This document shows positions 25,999-30,139 of a stretch of 30,139 bases of DNA, piece after piece (position 1 is the stretch's first letter; each line of letters begins with the position of its first letter). The notes below the pieces were generated by a model, which saw nothing but the letters and a program-made list of their open reading frames with translations, searched no databases and was not told the DNA's origin. The stretch comes from Nitrospirota bacterium. GTDB lineage: Bacteria > Nitrospirota > UBA9217. A program made the translations under genes and the position numbers. Where the stretch lies: the NCBI GenBank assembly GCA_029858565.1, contig JAOUEV010000045.1, positions 1 to 30,139 of the forward strand, given 5' to 3'.

Positions 25999-28900
25999 AT
26001 GGCGATTTCCTTTGCAGAAGCAACCCGGTGCCTGCTTGGCGGCAAACCGCTGGCATGGGGCGCCTTCGAAGAACACAAGGCCGCGTCACTGATACTGGCC
26101 AAGCCTGGACAGAGACGGCTGTTCGCCTTCTTGCTGGCCCAGGACCGTGCGAAGGTGGCGAGCGGCGACGAAGAACTCTTCGCCGGGCTCATTGCCGCCT
26201 GGAACAGCTCCGGCGTCGATCCGGCCGCAGACGGGACCACCGAGACCCCGAAATCGTCCAAGGATGTCTGGCGGCTGGATCGGATTGAAGCGTCAGGCTT
26301 TGGCGGCTTGACCCTGTTTGGTAGTCCGCCATTCGATTTCCGCATCGGTGGGGAGAACTGGTGTCTCAATGGGCAAAACGGCTCAGGCAAGACGTCACTC
26401 GCGAGTGCCATACTCTGGGCTCTTACGGGCAAGCGCATCCGCGAGCAAGAGGGGCCGGTCGACGAACACGGAGAACGCGCGGCCGTGATCAACGAGACCG
26501 GCAAGAAGCTTGGGGATTGGCCGTCCTTTGCCTCCTACCCATCGTCCGCTGCCGACCTAACCAAACCGGTCAACGTCTGGGTGCGGCTGACCTTCGTAAA
26601 CCAGCAAGGTGAGATCGCCACTGCGTACCGGCAGATGCAGTGTCCGTTGAAGGACGATCCTAAATCGGAGGTCATGATTGACTCAAGGCTGTTGGCCGCC
26701 CCTGAACTGTTGGAGACAGGGCTACTGATGCCAGCGCGGTTGGCTCGGATTGGCTTCGGCGACAAGAGCGGCTCGCTGTATGAAGCCGTCAAAATGCTCA
26801 CCGGTCTTGATCAGCTTGCAGACATCGCGGACGGTTGCGCCCAATTCACGCACGGCGGTCGACGATTTTTAAAATACGGCAAGGATAAAGGTCTTGAGCG
26901 CTGGGCCGCGAAGTTCACAGAGGAGATTGCCAAAGCGGTGGAGAAGGCGAGCGAGTTGCGATTCGTTCTGCCGGATAAGCGTAGTTTGGGTGACAAAACG
27001 CTCGTCACCGATCTCAAGGAAGCTGCGGTCAGTGCGGCGACCGAGGCAGGCACTCATCTGGAGACCCTGAAGTCTCAGATTTCTCCCACTATCGATACGT
27101 CCACTATTGCGGGGCGCACGACGGTCCGCGATGGCGTAGCCTCGGCGCGGGCAATCGTCAACCAAGGTACAAAGGGAATTGTACTCTTCGAGGCTTGGAT
27201 CGCGCTAAAGGCAGCGAAGGAAGATGAAGCTTTTGCGGGTCTACCCGCAGCTATTGATGCTGCGCGAGCAAGATTGGACCGAGCCCTGTCATGGCACGCC
27301 CAACAAAACGCCGACCAGAAATTTCGATTGAAAGCCTTAGCGGCGCAATTTTACGTACCCCCGCAAGAACACTCCGTACCAGCGCAATGTCCGCTCTGCT
27401 CGGCACGCCTATCGACGGCTGAGCAGCAGGATTTGGCGGTGCGGTTAGCCCAACTCCAGAAAGACGCCGCGGAGGCCGAGCGCAAGCTGGATGATGTGTG
27501 CCGCGGTCTGGAGGCCGAGTTGGTGGAGCGCTTGCCGGCGGAGCTGAAGCGGCACAGGGACTTCCTGGTAACGATGGAGCCCAAGACGGGCTACGGTGCT
27601 GCGATCCGTGAACGGTTTTGCGAGGGGATCCCTTTTACCAATGTTCTGCTCGGACTCGCAGGGCGGATAAAGAGCAGGGTTGATCTGCAAGAGGCCGCAT
27701 TACCGACTTTCGCGTTTGCGACGTTTGAACCTGCAGAGGATGAACCGGAACCGGCTATCATTTTGCGCCGCAGCCTGCATAACCTCGAACGGCTATCTGC
27801 TCTCGTCGAATGGTGGTCTGAGCATCGTGGTGCATATCGTCAGGCCTGGTCGGAGGTGATTGGGCAAGTCCAGGAAGATGGCACCTATCCGGCGGATAGC
27901 GTCGAGGGCCAGCTCCGAGCGTTGGAAGATGCGTTGTCCAAAGCTGAACCACTGGACGCATTATCCAAATTTCTACTGGAGGCCGTTGCATCGGCTTCGA
28001 ACTGGGACACGATCCGCAAAGAGCAGGATTTGCGCGAAGCGATCGCTGAGGCCTTGGAGCCGCTCAAGCACTTGCGTCTGCTAGTCTCGGCCGAAACTGC
28101 TCGCTCGATCGCCAATCTGTCGATCCGCATCAAGGATATTCTCGGGCGAATCCACCTGAAAGAACGCTTAACTTACGAACAGACCTCATTGGGCAAGAAG
28201 GTCGTACACGTCGGTGGCAGCTTTGAAACCGGCATGCAGATTGATGCGGCTCTGGTGGCCAACACCTCCTGGCTGCGGGCAATTCTGTGGGCGTTCATTC
28301 TCGCTTTGCGCGAAGAAACGATTGAAGGCCTAGGTGCCAACCCGTTCCCGCTTATGGTGCTCGACGATCCGCAAATGAGCTTTGATCCTCGTAACAAGCG
28401 CAAATGGGCGGAAGAGATCACCCGCCTGGCGAACATGGACCGCACGGTGGCCAAAGGGCTTCAGCTCTTTCTCACCACTCACGAACGGCAATTTTATCAG
28501 TGCATCGTGGACGTCGAACGGCTTAAAGGGGAACAGGGTCTAATCGGTGGTGTTAACAAAACCTCTGGTGTGGCGACGATCGTCAATGCCGGTTGGCTGC
28601 AGAGAGCTTGGCAGAACGCAAGTGAAAACAATGATGATGCACTCGCCCGAGACTATATAGCCGATGTTCGCATCTATTGTGAGGATCTGTTGAAGTTCAT
28701 GCTGCGTGCCGAAGGTCCCGCGATCCCGAATCTCAGCCTTGACGGTTTAAAACACGAGCTGAAGCGGTTGCATGATGCCCATGTTGCGCCCTTCAACCGT
28801 AAAGCCTTCGCTGATCTGCTCAAGACGTTGATGGGTGGTGGCGGCAAGCCCATGAAGCTGATCAATGAGGTCCACCACAAGGACGATGAGAGCATCGGCT

Positions 28901-29871
28901 TGGCGGAAGCAAGGGACGTCAATGCGTTCTGGGAAAAGACTTTCATGAACCAAATCCACGATGCCTTTGCCGTCTACGACGCGTTTGAATCCTTCTACGG
29001 CGAGCCGCGTACCTTCCCCTGGGCCAAGACAGTGATTCCGTTTCCAGGTGGCTTCCGCGAGGATGTGAAGACGGTTACATTGCAGAAAACCGGAATTGCC
29101 GCCGCTGCCAAGACCGGCAGTCGCGCAGGCGATGGTGTGGTGACGGTCAAGGAATGGGAGACGACCACTGCAATCACCTTGACCAATCATGAGATCTATC
29201 AGCTGGCAGCCGGGACCTTGGATCCGGTGGCGGCCATCGGCGATCTGGTCATCGTTTGCAACCACGCCAAGGTCAACCCGCGCGATCTGGTCGTAGCGGC
29301 ACACGGAAACGCGTTGCTTGCGCGGCGCTACAATGAGATGGAAGCGCATCCCGAGATCGCCGTGCTGACTGGTCAGTCGGTCGACCCTTGCGCCTTGCCC
29401 GAGCCCCTAATCATAGGGCGGGAGCAGGCCAATTTGCGCAAAATCGTCGGAACACTCTTCGCGGCACATCGCTTCGCGGTCCCGGCCCTCGATCCGAACG
29501 CCGAAGTTGTTGCTCTTAAAGACTCTAGCGTCCCGCAACAGATGCTCAATGGTGCGCGGCTTTTCGAGGTGCAGGGGCGCAGCGCCGAGCCGATAGCACT
29601 GGAGGGGCAGTTCTTAATCACCCGAGAGGCCGTCACAACCATCGAGCAGATCAAGTCATTCGACAGCCGACCCATCGTGGCGGTCGATGAAGATGGAACT
29701 CGGTACTTCAAGCGACTGCGTTGCCGAGGCGATCTCGCGGTGCTTGAAAGTCTGAATCCAGACGGCACTACAGCCGCGGAACTCTTGGGTTTCACTGGCG
29801 CGGAAGGGCTGCCGAAACTTACACATGCGCTGGAAGTGATTGGCGTCTTGTTTGAGCTGCCCCATTCGTAG
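25999..29871 (+). CDS. Rad50/RloC-like ABC-ATPase with zinc hook, HEPN-like region and tandem C-terminal S24 (LexA-like) domains (1290 aa); candidate defence protein
   Basis: RIEASGFGG, Walker A GQNGSGKT, helical region with central CPLC, Walker B MVLDDP, H-loop LTTHE. C-terminal VQGRSAEP...YFKRL...LESLNP. Confidence 0.8.
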   Translation: MAISFAEATRCLLGGKPLAWGAFEEHKAASLILAKPGQRRLFAFLLAQDRAKVASGDEELFAGLIAAWNSSGVDPAADGTTETPKSSKDVWRLDRIEASGFGGLTLFGSPPFDFRIGGENWCLNGQNGSGKTSLASAILWALTGKRIREQEGPVDEHGERAAVINETGKKLGDWPSFASYPSSAADLTKPVNVWVRLTFVNQQGEIATAYRQMQCPLKDDPKSEVMIDSRLLAAPELLETGLLMPARLARIGFGDKSGSLYEAVKMLTGLDQLADIADGCAQFTHGGRRFLKYGKDKGLERWAAKFTEEIAKAVEKASELRFVLPDKRSLGDKTLVTDLKEAAVSAATEAGTHLETLKSQISPTIDTSTIAGRTTVRDGVASARAIVNQGTKGIVLFEAWIALKAAKEDEAFAGLPAAIDAARARLDRALSWHAQQNADQKFRLKALAAQFYVPPQEHSVPAQCPLCSARLSTAEQQDLAVRLAQLQKDAAEAERKLDDVCRGLEAELVERLPAELKRHRDFLVTMEPKTGYGAAIRERFCEGIPFTNVLLGLAGRIKSRVDLQEAALPTFAFATFEPAEDEPEPAIILRRSLHNLERLSALVEWWSEHRGAYRQAWSEVIGQVQEDGTYPADSVEGQLRALEDALSKAEPLDALSKFLLEAVASASNWDTIRKEQDLREAIAEALEPLKHLRLLVSAETARSIANLSIRIKDILGRIHLKERLTYEQTSLGKKVVHVGGSFETGMQIDAALVANTSWLRAILWAFILALREETIEGLGANPFPLMVLDDPQMSFDPRNKRKWAEEITRLANMDRTVAKGLQLFLTTHERQFYQCIVDVERLKGEQGLIGGVNKTSGVATIVNAGWLQRAWQNASENNDDALARDYIADVRIYCEDLLKFMLRAEGPAIPNLSLDGLKHELKRLHDAHVAPFNRKAFADLLKTLMGGGGKPMKLINEVHHKDDESIGLAEARDVNAFWEKTFMNQIHDAFAVYDAFESFYGEPRTFPWAKTVIPFPGGFREDVKTVTLQKTGIAAAAKTGSRAGDGVVTVKEWETTTAITLTNHEIYQLAAGTLDPVAAIGDLVIVCNHAKVNPRDLVVAAHGNALLARRYNEMEAHPEIAVLTGQSVDPCALPEPLIIGREQANLRKIVGTLFAAHRFAVPALDPNAEVVALKDSSVPQQMLNGARLFEVQGRSAEPIALEGQFLITREAVTTIEQIKSFDSRPIVAVDEDGTRYFKRLRCRGDLAVLESLNPDGTTAAELLGFTGAEGLPKLTHALEVIGVLFELPHS

Positions 29872-30139
29872 GCACCATGCATATACTTTATTTAGGGTCA
29901 CTTCTCTTCTTTTTAGGCTCACTTCTTTACCTTTGACAAGATATCGAGCATCGAGAAGTGAACCAATGGATCCTTCGTTTGCGAAACTAGAAATAACCAA
30001 GGGTATCAATTTGACTAGAGTTTCGAGCGAGCTGACCCGCTCGTCGCGATTTTTACGACGATTTCAGCATTGCCCTATTGATCTTTCACATAGCATCTAC
30101 GCGGCTTTTGGCAGTTTCCGCGTCGATGCGGCTGTTTCC

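Noticed and set aside
25999-29871. Calling the ATPase housekeeping SbcC, RecN or SMC
   Set aside because: No sbcD or scpAB neighbour, a degenerate signature motif, about 450 aa of extra C-terminal domains, and atypical codon usage.
29656-30009. Minus-strand 117-aa ORF at the window end
   Set aside because: Overlaps the ATPase 3' end, has a TTG start with no RBS and no motif; at most a remnant.
1-30139. CRISPR arrays, tRNA/rRNA genes, transposases or integrases
   Set aside because: None recognised. The short repeats lack repeat-spacer structure.

Overview
A GC-rich bacterial chromosomal region. The gene set (alpha/beta 2-oxoacid:ferredoxin oxidoreductase, PPi-PFK, rubrerythrin-like protein, HrcA/CIRCE heat-shock control, c-heme sensor) suggests an anaerobe of the Nitrospirota/Desulfobacterota type; this is inference only. 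Housekeeping core: corA, korBA-like oxidoreductase, hrcA-grpE-dnaK-dnaJ and hsp20 under two CIRCE elements, moaA-moaC, pfp, and a c-di-GMP cluster. Two loci stand out. (1) A candidate RiPP system: a radical SAM/SPASM enzyme with a possible N-terminal RRE (4301-5449) is followed by a 20-aa Cys-rich peptide gene missing from the ORF track (MSIKKVSKTPAMTCKCKSSC, 5485-5547). The peptide has its own near-consensus promoter, strong RBS and terminator, and a Cys-rich gene is divergent from the enzyme. (2) An apparently foreign 1290-aa Rad50/RloC-like ATPase (25999-29871) with a zinc hook, a HEPN-like segment and two C-terminal LexA/S24-like domains, a possible defence protein. Other unusual architectures: a CxxCH-bearing GGDEF-EAL sensor beside an orphan PhnD-like protein, an ArsB/NhaD-DUF192 fusion and a PLA2-like/CX5R phosphatase fusion. 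All family calls come from motifs read by eye; no database searches were run.
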